DNA of 63,578 nucleotides, counting the filler, from Octopus bimaculoides (Eukaryota), in assembly GCF_001194135.2 (NCBI RefSeq). It is 6 parts of 6 records of this genome, joined end to end, with 100 filler letters (N's around TTAATTAATTAA, not from the genome) between each part and the next. Parts side by side here need not be neighbours in the genome. Positions count along the whole stretch, not along the records: positions 23,497 to 53,604 come from NC_068991.1; 5 more parts are not named here. One strand, written 5' to 3'. Shown piece by piece: positions 25,519 through 36,037 of the stretch (positions are counted from its first letter, which is position 1; each line of letters starts with the position of its first letter). Both the position numbers and the translations under genes were made by a program. Under the pieces are notes generated by a model that worked only from the letters and a program-made list of their open reading frames with translations, had not been told where the DNA came from and did not search any database.

Positions 25519-26503
25519 TTATTGCCTCCGCCTCGGCGAAGGCGGAGGTATTGCTTTCAGTCGTGTTTGTTTGTCCGTGGACAAGATATCTCAAGAACCG
25601 CTGGATGGATTTGGATGTAACTTTCAGGGATGTTTGGCCTTGTGACTGGCACGAACTGATTACATTTTGGGATCGATCCGATACCGGAGAAAGATTCTGG
25701 ATTATTTGTTATATTTACTTTACATGAAGTATTACGATTTTATGTCGACTTTCAAGTCTTTCTCTGATTATCTCCCTTGAAAGCACGCTCATGGTTTCCA
25801 CGTAAGTTATGGCGACGTTGCTGTTTCCAAAGTTTTATTTTCGTGTCCCTTTTATTAATTTTACTCGCATCTCCATTTTAATAGAAACTGATGGATAAAG
25901 AAACGGCAGCAACGTTCAGAAATTAAATAGCACTAACATATTCAGTAACAATAATATAATAAATTGAATTTATCTTCGACAATTTTTAGCTTTACCAATT
26001 TGGAATATATCGCTCCTGTTTAAAACCTCTTATCTACTTGACAATTGTAATTCTAGCTTTGCCTTGAAGGAAGCTTTACTCCTTGGGCTCACGTTTTTGT
26101 GCGCAACGATGTTAAACTTCCGTTAACAGCACCGTATGCAGGTTCTTTCCGTTTTCTTTTACGCACGGATGAATTTTTCACTATAGACCTTAATAGTCGT
26201 AAAGACACTATATCTGTGGATAGAATTAAAAAAAGGCCTTCACAGAGAAAACTGTCCATGTTCCCACTGCAGACGACAGATACAGCAATACTAACACGGC
26301 CCACACATCCACCTTCACAGTCCATGACTACCATTGCGATCGATCAGGTACCAGACAAGGATTCTGGATTATCCTTCCGGTTTTTTTACTTAATTTTTTA
26401 GAGCGGTCGGGTTCCTTTTTAGCATTCTCGTTTGTGAGATCAGTCGAGTTTATTTCGCTGGTGTTTCTTTGGTGGAGGTTTGTGCTCTCTGAATGCTCTT
26501 GTT
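25519..26503 (+). mobile_element. Helentron-associated non-autonomous element (HINE/DINE-1 type)
   Basis: 5' hairpin CCTCCGCC-tcggcgaa-GGCGGAGG at 25525-25548, then gtttgtttgtcc and atggatttggatgtaactttcaggg. The 3' end ggtggaggtttgtgctctctgaatgctcttgtt (26471-26503) is a subterminal inverted copy plus a short palindrome. An internal direct repeat gatcgatc...gattctggattat lies at about 25672 and about 26338. Confidence 0.75.
26058..26235 (+). mobile_element. Ty3/Gypsy integrase C-terminal (GPY/F module) fragment
   Basis: AHVFVRNDVKLPLTAPYAGSFRFLLRTDEFFTIDLNSRKDTISVDRIK matches the THVFVR.D....L.PPYDGP..VL.R..K.F.....G..DTVS.DRLK tail of Gypsy integrases. Confidence 0.8.
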
Positions 26504-27649
26504 ATAATTGTTGCTGTTTTATATTCACGAGCTATTCCAAGTCTTGCCGAGAAACCTTAAGTAACAGCAAGATATACGTTTCACTATGAGGTTATTTACG
26601 ATCAGTAATCCTTTCTGTTGAAGGCACAAGGACTGAAATTTGGTGGGGAGGGGCTGAGTCGATTACATTGACCGCAGTATTCAAATGGTACTTACTGTAT
26701 TGACACCGAAACGGTGAAAGACGGAATTTGAAGTTAGAACGTAAAGATGGACGAAATATCGCTAAGTATTATACTCGGCGTGCTAACGATTCTGCCAGCT
26801 CACCACCTTATGATCAGTAATGATATATTGATTTACAAATTGTGGGACAAGGCCAGCAGTTTCAAGGAAGGGGTGAGTTGATTATATCCACCCCGGTGCT
26901 CAACTGGTACTTATTTTATCGACAGCGAAAGGATGAACGGCAAAGTCAACCTCGGTGGAATTTGAACTCAGAACGTGGAGACGGACGACATACCACGGAA
27001 CATTATGCCCGGCGTGCTAACGATTCTGCCGGCTCACTGCCTAATTAGTAACTATAAATTGCAAAGAAAGAAGACCGAATATTGAGGGTGAAGTATTTCG
27101 TTAAAGGTCCGTCGAAATATTTGTGATTTTAAGAGTTTAAAAGATTCACATATTCCTAGGTTGACGGTGATTTTCTGAGGATGTGCGTTGTACTCATGGG
27201 AAAAATTTGTTTAAAGTTTTCATACTCATGAGTTTCTTGGTATTCGACAATGCTAAAGGTTGCCATTCGTAGTTATCACCCCAAATCTCCCATATTCACA
27301 AATACAGTAGCCTGTTCTTAAATGCTACATTTTCGAAACTCCTATTTCATGGTCGTCGTATTGACACTTACCTTACCAAACGTTTTCACTGAAGTTCTGC
27401 AGTTTTCTGGGATTGATATGAGTGTGAGAAAATATTTTTGTCGTTACGTTTTTTGTTTTTCGTTTTATTTTTCCATACAATATCTGGATTACTGGAGTTG
27501 CTGAGTTTGAATATTAAGGTCCCAAACAATGAATAATGATAATGATTATGTGGTGGTGGTNNNNNNNNNNTTTGGTGGTGGTGGTGGTGGTGGTCGTCGT
27601 CGTCGTCGTGACTACGACAATGACGAAAACGGCGCCAATAATAATAATG

Positions 27650-27681
<32 letters not shown>

Positions 27682-27776
27682 TATTATTATTATTTTATGA
27701 TAATAATAATAGTAGTAGTAATAGTAGTGATGATAATAATAATAGTAATAATAATAATAATAATGATAACAACAAC

Positions 27777-27852
<76 letters not shown>

Positions 27853-27864
27853 GATGGGCTACAG

Positions 27865-28185
27865 CAAATATTCTGCTCAATACCACAGATTTGCTTGTCA
27901 ACTGTTTGACCTTAACCAGTTGAGCATGTCCCTTAGTGGCTAACGATATGTGCATCTCTGATCACGATCATAATTAGTGGCGATGCATCATAGCCATGTG
28001 TTGAGAGGAATTCTTTGGGGTTTGGATAATTCACCTTTGGAAACATGGTTGTTTCATTCAACATCCTTAAATAACACTTATTCAAGGACCTCTTGAGCGG
28101 GATAGGCTACTCGACCTGAAGAAAATTCTAACTGGGCCCGACTTGCAAGGTCATGCGCTGTTTATCTTGATATCAAAGCACATTT
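27865..28185 (-). mobile_element. 3' part of the SINE family seen at 5375-5870
   Basis: Reverse-complement similarity to 5570-5860; adjoins a long (TAA)n tail at 27640-27850. Confidence 0.75.
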
Positions 28186-28291
28186 CATGGTCTTCGACGA
28201 GGAAACATTTTCCCTCTACTTTTACTGCTTTCTATACATGTTCTGACATCCTGTCGAGTACTTCCCGGTTAAAGGTCATTATTATTATTAC

Positions 28292-28343
<52 letters not shown>

Positions 28344-28344
<1 letters not shown>

Positions 28345-28609
28345 GCATTATTTTATTTTGGCTCAGATTCGGTCTTATTTCTGGTAGGAATTATGTGGAT
28401 AGCGGGTGACTGCCTGTAACTTTAGGTATCCATAAGTTCTTTAGCAGTCTTTCAAGTATTTAGAACCCTCCTGATAATCTTTGCTGTCCCTAAGAGATAA
28501 ACTTCCTGTAGGAGCACTACCGAGCATTCTATTTCACTCTACTTCAGCCATTTGTCTCTATTTGGTTTACTCTTCTCAACCCACCAATTATTGTAGGCAT
28601 GACCTTTAC

Positions 28610-28611
<2 letters not shown>
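28344..28611 (-). mobile_element. 5'-truncated R4/Dong-like LINE flanked on both sides by (TAA)n
   Basis: VKVMPTIIGG...KWLK*SEIECSVVLLQEVYLLGTAKIIRRVLNT* (TGA 28452-28454), then a UTR and the (TAA)n array at 28278-28343. The 5' junction abuts the array starting at 28612. Confidence 0.82.
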
Positions 28612-28663
<52 letters not shown>

Positions 28664-28680
28664 CATCATCATCATCATCC

Positions 28681-28824
28681 TCTTTGCCCAGCTTCTAACT
28701 ATGGCGATGCACTGCGGTGTCAGCTGTTTATTACCAGTGTACTAAGGTACCCCTTATTTTTCGAGCACCATCCGGAGTATTCGAGCGGTTCCAAGCAGTG
28801 TTGTCTTCTGAGAGTGTTCCACCC
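28681..28824 (-). mobile_element. Very short 5'-truncated R4/Dong-like LINE in a (TAA/TGA)n array
   Basis: QKTTLLGTARILRMVLEK* (TAA 28754-28756) plus a 3' UTR different from its neighbour's. Trinucleotide arrays lie on both sides. Confidence 0.8.
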
Positions 28825-28878
28825 TTATCATCATTATTATTATTATTATTGTTGTTGTTGTTGTTGTTGTCGTTGTTG

Positions 28879-28937
<59 letters not shown>

Positions 28938-28969
28938 TATTATTATTATTATCATCATCATCATCATCA

Positions 28970-29024
<55 letters not shown>

Positions 29025-30227
29025 TATTACCTTTATTATCTGTGCTTCTGTTCTAAGTTCAAATTCCGCCGAGGTTGACTTTACCTTTCATCCGTTCGGG
29101 GCCGATGAAATAAGTGCCAGTCGACTACTGGGGTCTATGTAATCGACTTGTCACCTCCCTCGAAGTTGCTGGCCTTGTGCCAACATTTAAAACCATTATT
29201 ATTGTTGTAAGTATTATTGTTGTTGTCGGTGCTGCTGCTCACCTTTTGTCCATTTTAGCTATTTTGTCATCCTCACTCTCACTCTGTAGAAATTTCCGAA
29301 ACTTTCTAAATATCATCAGAACGTAGTGCGGGCTATCTGGAACTCGGTTAACCTTAGTATAACCATCTTTGGATTTCGTTCCACGAATTACTTTTGGCAT
29401 TGCAAATGGATTAGTAATCTGGTGAAATATTTCTTAGGCTCTTTCTAGAAGAAAGTACAAGCTAACAAATGTCTTATGGTCGACAATTTACTCCAGGTAG
29501 TCTAAAACCAAAACCTACCACCAGTTCAATTACCCAGTTAGGGTGGTATACTTCCAGAGAGTGATACATAAAATAGTCATAAATAATGCGTTATACTTAT
29601 TAATTGATTTTTTTTTGTTTTGTTTTTTTTTGTTTTGTTTTTTTGTTTGTTTTTTTTTGTTTTTTTAGTATAGGCTTACAACTGCGGTTGGTTTGTTTCG
29701 GCTCTGAAGAAGATAGCTTTGCGGACCTATTATTTTTGTCTATTTTATACACACAAATAATACACAAATACATACATGCATACATACATATATACAAATA
29801 TCAAACCCAATGTTAATTGCATATCAGTCATATCTTGTTAATGAGCTTGTTAATTACGTAATTGATTTTTTTAATTATGAGAATATAATTGAAGAATAAG
29901 CAGTAATTATTTGTGAAAGATGTCATTTCATGTAATCAGGATGTCCATACAACTCTTACCTTGCTGCTTATAGCTCATGTGTACCTGCAATAACAAGGAA
30001 TAGAGTTGGGAACCAAAATTCAGTATTTGCTTAGCTTGATGGCATCCCAGATACAACGGACCTATAAACAAAAGCTTTCCAACTATGGCCACCCCTTGAA
30101 TTACCACGTTATATATTAAGTTCTTTATTTCTCGAGATGTTATAACGACGTTCGTGTTTTATTTGGCTGCTACTTCTATCAATGTCAGCTACCGCACATA
30201 AGTTATCATGTTAGGTTAATAGATACA

Positions 30228-30520
30228 TTGTTGGCTCAAAAAGACACATCGATGAATGAGCAGCCTCTATCGCTGCCTCAAGAAGCACCTCGTTGATTGA
30301 GTTCAAGAGTAGTGGCTCAAGAGACATCTTTGATTGCACAGGCTCTGTTGTTGGTTCAAGGGACATTGCGTTGATTATGCAGGCTCTGTCACTTGCTCAA
30401 GAGATACCAGGTTGATTAAGCAGATTCTATAACTGGCTCAAAAGACACTTCGTTAATTGAACAGGCACAGTCGTTGACTCAAGAGGCTTCCTCGTTAATT
30501 TAAAGAACTTCATTTTACAT
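30228..30520. repeat. Diverged minisatellite of about 41 bp, around 7 copies
   Basis: Consensus-like tggctcaagagacacttcgttgattgaacaggctctgtcgt repeated with substitutions. Related fragments occur at 30650-30750 and 31400-31650. Confidence 0.7.
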
Positions 30521-30570
30521 TTATGATCTCTTGCTAATTCAATCGACTCTCTCACTATCTGAACAAGCTC

Positions 30571-30648
<78 letters not shown>

Positions 30649-30825
30649 GTTCACAAGAGATCAGTGTTGGCTTAAAATTGTCCGTTGTTAGTTCAACAGG
30701 CGCCATCATTAGTTCAAGAGGAACCTTCGTTGGTTCAACAAAATTACAACATCGTCAGCTGAACGGGCTTCCTCACGGATTTAACAGACACCGTCTTTGT
30801 CTCAAAAAACCCTTTCATTATTTCT

Positions 30826-31053
30826 CATTTCTTTACTACCCACAAGGGGCTATACGCAGAGGGGACAAATAAGGAGAGACAGACGATTAAGTCGATTCTA
30901 TCGGCCCCAGTGCGTAACTGGTACTTATTTAATCGACCCCGAAAGGATGAAAGGCAAAGTCGACCTCGGAGGAATTTGAACTCAGAACGTAGCGGCTGAC
31001 GAAATACCGCTCAGCATTTCGCCCGGCATGCTAACGTTTCTGCCAGCTCGCTG
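30826..31053 (-). mobile_element. tRNA-derived SINE with Meta-like central domain, full length with 15-bp target-site duplication
   Basis: CCTTTCATTATTTCT at 30811-30825 and 31054-31068. Head gcagcgagctggcagaaacgttagc; core aggtcgactttgcctttcatcctttcggggtcgat..aataagtaccagt resembles the MetaSINE conserved domain as recalled. Confidence 0.88.
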
Positions 31054-31082
31054 CCTTTCATTATTTCTGTAACTCCACCATT

Positions 31083-31370
31083 GGTGCGTAGCTTAGTGAT
31101 TAGGGCTTTCGGCTTACGATCGTGAGGTCGTGAGTTCGATTCCCGGTAGTGCAAGACACTCTATTTTACGTTGCTCTAGCCCACTCAGCTGGCAAAAAAT
31201 GTGTAGTACTTGTAATTCAGAATTTTAGCCTTGTCATATTCTGTGTCACTCTCATTAAGCTTAGCGTGTCTGTGGAGTGCTCAACCACTTGCACGTAAAT
31301 TTCACGATCAAGCTGTTCTGTTAATCGGATCAACTGGAACCTCTGCTGTTGTAACCACCAGAGTACCAAC
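31083..31370 (+). mobile_element. tRNA-derived SINE with mosaic structure
   Basis: Head ggtgcgtagcttagtgattaggg...gagttcgattcccgg. The following caagacactctatttt...ccactcagctgg resembles the 5375 family; the 3' body resembles the 36243 family. Confidence 0.75.
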
Positions 31371-32202
31371 TTTTGGTAATTCCATCATTGGCTCTACAGT
31401 TTCAATCTCGCTGATGGACAAGCAAATCCTTGGTTCAAAATGCTAGATCGTTCGCTCAACAGTTAATGTCGTTGGTAAAATTTCTTTCGTTGATTCAAGA
31501 AGCTCTATCAGTGGCTTAAGATGATATCTGGTTGGCGCAGTAGTTTCCAATGTTGGCAAAAGAAGAAATATAACATGCTTGTTGGTTCAATCAACAACAA
31601 GATGATTAACATTAATTCACAGAAAATTGGCCTCAGTACTACCTCAAAAGGAACCGCTTATAATTTTCTTTTAATTATATGTTTTAACTTCAGTATTATC
31701 GATGTTCGTTCAAGCGAAACATTTTAACCTCTGTCACCTAATTAACACTCACACACACACACGAATGAAAAAATATAAAAACAAAAAAGGAAAACACAAG
31801 AAAGGGTAAGACTAATTGAAACATAAAGGAGGTGGGATTAATTAAAAAAAATAATTAAGAACAAAATGGATAAAAGTGGAAATAATTAAAACACAATGAA
31901 GTAAACTTAAAACAAAATAGATCTTCATTCATTAAAGTATTTTACCATCGACATTTCAGAGTCTTATAAGAATGCATACATACGTTTATATACAAGATAT
32001 CGATACACACATACAAACGTAGATGCATGCATACATGCACGCACACATTTTGGTAAAAGTATGAATGTATCTTTCTATGTATATTGGAAATTAAGCTAAA
32101 AGGATTGAAATATTATTAACAATTCGTTCTTTGGATTCTTCAATAAAAGCATTTTAAAAATACGACGGATGTTTCTCATTTTGTTAACTCTCTCTCTCTC
32201 TC

Positions 32203-32300
<98 letters not shown>

Positions 32301-32750
32301 GCCTACACCTCATTCAGAAAGAATCAATGAAAATTGCAGTATAACTTTTTATTGTTAGCTTCGGTGCACGTAAATCCGTTTTTTTTAATGTATATACAGA
32401 CGTAATCATTTACATACACGTAGAGAATAACATACATACATACTTTCACACGCACAAACATACACTCACACATACATAGATACATACATACGTATATATA
32501 TATATACGTATGTATATATATACACATATACATATATGCATATATATATATATGTATACGTACATGTAAGCATGTATATATATGCTTATATACGAATATG
32601 TACATATATGTGCACAAATATTCATATAAATATGCATATATATATATATATATAGATACGTATATATATATATATATGTGCATATATATAGAGATATACA
32701 CAGATAAATATATATTTGCATGTGTGTGTATATATATAGATATATAGATA

Positions 32751-32798
<48 letters not shown>

Positions 32799-33426
32799 NN
32801 NNNNNNNNNNNNNNNNNNNNNNNNNNNNNNNNNNNNNNNNNNNNNNNNNNNNNNNNNNNNNNNNNNNNNNNNNNNNNNNNNNNNNNNNNNNNNNNNNNNN
32901 NNNNNNNNNNNNNNNNNNNNNNNNNNNNNNNNNNNNNNNNNNNNNNNNNNNNNNNNNNNNNNNNNNNNNNNNNNNNNNNNNNNNNNNNNNNNNNNNNNNN
33001 NNNNNNNNNNNNNNNNNNNNNNNNNNNNNNNNNNNNNNNNNNNNNNNNNNNNNNNNNNNNNNNNNNNNNNNNNNNNNNNNNNNNNNNNNNNNNNNNNNNN
33101 NNNNNNNNNNNNNNNNNNNNNNNNNNNNNNNNNNNNNNNNNNNNNNNNNNNNNNNNNNNNNNNNNNNNNNNNNNNNNNNNNNNNNNNNNNNNNNNNNNNN
33201 NNNNNNNNNNNNNNNNNNNNNNNNNNNNNNNNNNNNNNNNNNNNNNNNNNNNNNNNNNNNNNNNNNNNNNNNNNNNNNNNNNNNNNNNNNNNNNNNNNNN
33301 NNNNNNNNNNNNNNNNNNNNNNNNNNNNNNNNNNNNNNNNNNNNNNNNNNNNNNNNNNNNNNNNNNNNNNNNNNNNNNNNNNNNNNNNNNNNNNNNNNNN
33401 NNNNNNNNNNNNNNNNNNNNNNNNNN

Positions 33427-33467
<41 letters not shown>

Positions 33468-34093
33468 TATGTTTATGTGTTTGTATATGTGTGTGTATGT
33501 ATATATGTATATATACATGTATACATAATTATCTATTGTAGTCATCTATTTTAATGTCTATAAATAACACTATATTGTTTGTTTTGTTCTTTTTTTTTCT
33601 TTGCAGTGATTTTTTTAGTAAACAAAATGTACATTTGAAAAAAATTGTGAAGTTTTGGGGGGCTCTTTTCGTTTTTCGTTTTCGTCTGTGTGAGTTTATA
33701 TATTTTCTGTCACATTATGCTAATATTTTTTTATAGAGATGACTGTATATTTATGAATTCAATATCTATTATCTGCTGCTTCTTTGTCGTTTTCGACTTC
33801 ATCATCTTCTTCTTCTTCATTACTTTCTCATTCATCTTCTTTGTGTTTAAGCCACCTAAAAAATTGTCCTCAAAAACAACATCACCAACACGAAAAAAAA
33901 AAATTAAAAAACACTTAAATAAATATATAATATCTCAGAGTTTCTTTCAGGTTGGATGGTAGCCACTGGAAAGTTCTGGGGATGGACAAGATGTAGTTTC
34001 TAATGCAGTTGTTGTCGCAGCAACGGAGGTGCCGCCTACACCCGCATCCAATGTCGGGAGTGGATATGCCCTCAAACGTTGCTGCCTCCTGTT

Positions 34094-34283
34094 TCACAGA
34101 GAGTTAGGGCTCGGGCTGCCATAACCACTCGATACATCGTCGCTAAGGTTGTGTGTTTGTCTTTTCAAATGAGACAGGGCGTTGTAATTGTAGCTCATGT
34201 TGGCAAACACCATTCGTTCTTCGTAATCGTATTCACACAGAATCTTATTATCACACAGATAGAATCTATCACCGACACAGAAT
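34094..34283 (-). CDS. LMO: LIM-domain-only protein (LMO1/LMO3/Beadex type), last coding exon: C-terminal half of LIM2 plus tail
   Basis: Acceptor ttttttccAG|A in phase 2. Translation (R)FCVGDRFYLCDNKILCEYDYEERMVFANMSYNYNALSHLKRQTHNLSDDVSSGYGSPSPNSL*; RFCVGD..LC..DYEE is the LMO LIM2 ending. TGA at 34094-34096. Confidence 0.96.
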
Positions 34284-34586
34284 CTGGAAAAAAAGAAAAT
34301 AAGAAACATAAGTAATATATAAACCTATGTGATCTACAAATAGGATGATAATTATTTTCATAAACGCATAAACTTTGATACAACAGCAGAGACTGGATCG
34401 AATATCCGTACAAAGCGGAAAAATTTGCCAGCAACCAGCCATGAGACTCGAACTCACATCCCTTTGTATGGATATTTTATCCAGTCTCTGCTGTTCTATC
34501 AGCGTTTATGCGTTTGAACACAATACAGTTCAACGCTTCTAAAGCAAACACTAGTTTGTTTATATTTATCGTAATATAAGCATATA

Positions 34587-34817
34587 TTAGGTTGGTGCGT
34601 AATTATTGCGGCTTTTTTTTTTTTCAACAAATTTTATTCCACAAAAGCAATATCAATATTTAATAAACACATCTTTAAATGACTGTCTGCCAAGCAAATG
34701 GGAAGTAGTAATTGAAGTAGATGGTGAATATGTTCCAGAATAATCATTTAAAGATGTTTTTGTTACATGTTGTTATTTCTGTTGAATAAAAGCCGCAATA
34801 ATTATGCACCAACCCAA
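34587..34817 (+). mobile_element. Mariner MITE (internally deleted) with intact TIRs and TA target duplication
   Basis: TA|TTAGGTTGGTGCGTAATTATTGCGGCTTT ... AAAGCCGCAATAATTATGCACCAACCCAA|TA: 29-bp TIRs with 2 mismatches. The interior keeps the transposase end DCLPSKWEVVIEVDGEYVPE*. Confidence 0.92.
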
Positions 34818-34829
34818 TAATAACAGTAA

Positions 34830-35480
34830 CTCTTTCCACAGTAGGTACAAGGCCGGAAAATGTGTGGCGGTGAGGAGGCGGCTAGTCGACCCCGATAGGA
34901 TGAGAATCCAAAACGACGGCAGCAGAATTCGAACACTCAGAACGTAAAGACGGACGACATGCTGTTAAACATTTTGTCCAGTGCGCTAACAATTCTGCCA
35001 GCTCGCCACCTTGTTAATAACGATAATATTAATGACAATGGTAACCATCATCCTTTCTACTCTTGGTAAAATGCCTGAAATTTTGAGGGGAGGGGTAAGT
35101 CGATTACATCGACCTCAGTCCTTCACTGGTACTTGCTTCATCGACTCCGAAAGGATAAAAAGCATATTCGACCACGGAGGAATTTGAACTCAGATCGGAA
35201 AGACGAGCGAAATTTTGCCTGGCGTGCTTACGATTCTGCCAGTTCGTCGCCTTAATAATGATACTAATAATCTTTCCTACTATAGGCACAAGGCCTCAAA
35301 ATTTGGGGGAAGTGGGGGGGGGGGGGTGCAGTCGATTAGATCGACGCCAGTATGCAACTAGTACTTGATTTATTGACCCCGAAAGGTTGAAAGATAAAGT
35401 CGACCTCGGTGGAATTTGAACTGAGTACGTAGTAACAGGCGAAATACTACTAAGCATTTCGTAGCAGCTCGCCGCCTTTA
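34830..35480 (-). mobile_element. Three head-to-tail copies of the Meta-domain SINE in an LMO intron
   Basis: Copies at about 34840-35010, 35048-35252 and 35270-35480, each ending on the + strand in ctgccagctcgcc(a/g)cct-like sequence and separated by short taat-rich spacers. Other copies lie at about 980-1070, 7710-7815, 9100-9290, 12060-12250, 22360-22770, 26605-27043, 29050-29195, 42037-42178, 58100-58200 and 60965-61100. Confidence 0.85.
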
Positions 35481-35558
35481 TAATGATAATAATAATGGTT
35501 TCAAATAANNNNNNNNNNNNNNNNNNNNNNNNNNNNNNNNNNNNNNNNNNNNNNNNNN

Positions 35559-35589
<31 letters not shown>

Positions 35590-35590
35590 A

Positions 35591-35918
35591 TAGGCGCAGG
35601 AGCGGCTGTGTGGTAAGTAGCTTGCTTACCAGCCACATGGTTCCGGGTTCAGTCCCATTGCGTTTCACCTTAGCTAAATGTCTTCTGCTATAGCCTCGAG
35701 CCTACCAAAGCCTTGTGAGTGGATTTGATAGGTGGAAACTGAAAGAAGCCCATCACATATGTGTGCGTGTGTGTGTGTGTGTCTGTGCTTGTCCTCACCG
35801 TAATCGCTCGACAACCGATGCTGGTGTGTTTACGTCCCCTAGGGTCGATTTGTTCAACTAAAGGTGGTGCTCTAGCATGGTCGCAGTCAAATGACTGAAA
35901 CACATAAAAGACTAAAAG
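35591..35918 (+). mobile_element. tRNA-derived SINE (bipartite family with internal microsatellite), internally deleted copy
   Basis: Head taggcgcaggagcggctgtgtggtaag (A box) ...ggttcagtccc (B box-like), central (TG)n, 3' part acaaccgatgctggtgtgtttacgtcccc...cgcagtcaaatgactgaaac and an aaaga tail. Confidence 0.88.
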
Positions 35919-36037
35919 CATCCATGTTCAAACACTGTTCCATTGAGTTTTCCCTCGGCGTAGGTACTCAAATAATATATCTACTCTCCGAACTGGCTAC
36001 GGTTTGAACCATTAATTTTGGAGCCACATTAACTCAC

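Noticed and set aside
30228-30520. Minisatellite as a CRISPR array or a coding repeat
   Set aside because: Eukaryotic context, no unique spacers, and units are not a multiple of 3 with stops in the frames examined.
33426-33946. miR-9 seed, K-box, Brd-box and GY-box sites in the LMO 3' region (Drosophila dLMO is a miR-9a target)
   Set aside because: I did not see these motifs in the visible sequence; the UTR end is undefined and runs into a gap.
35591-35665. tRNA-like sequences (also 31083-31145, 36570-36637, 57490-57567)
   Set aside because: They have A/B boxes but no complete cloverleaf or acceptor stem, and they continue into multi-copy SINE bodies; they are SINE heads, not tRNA genes.
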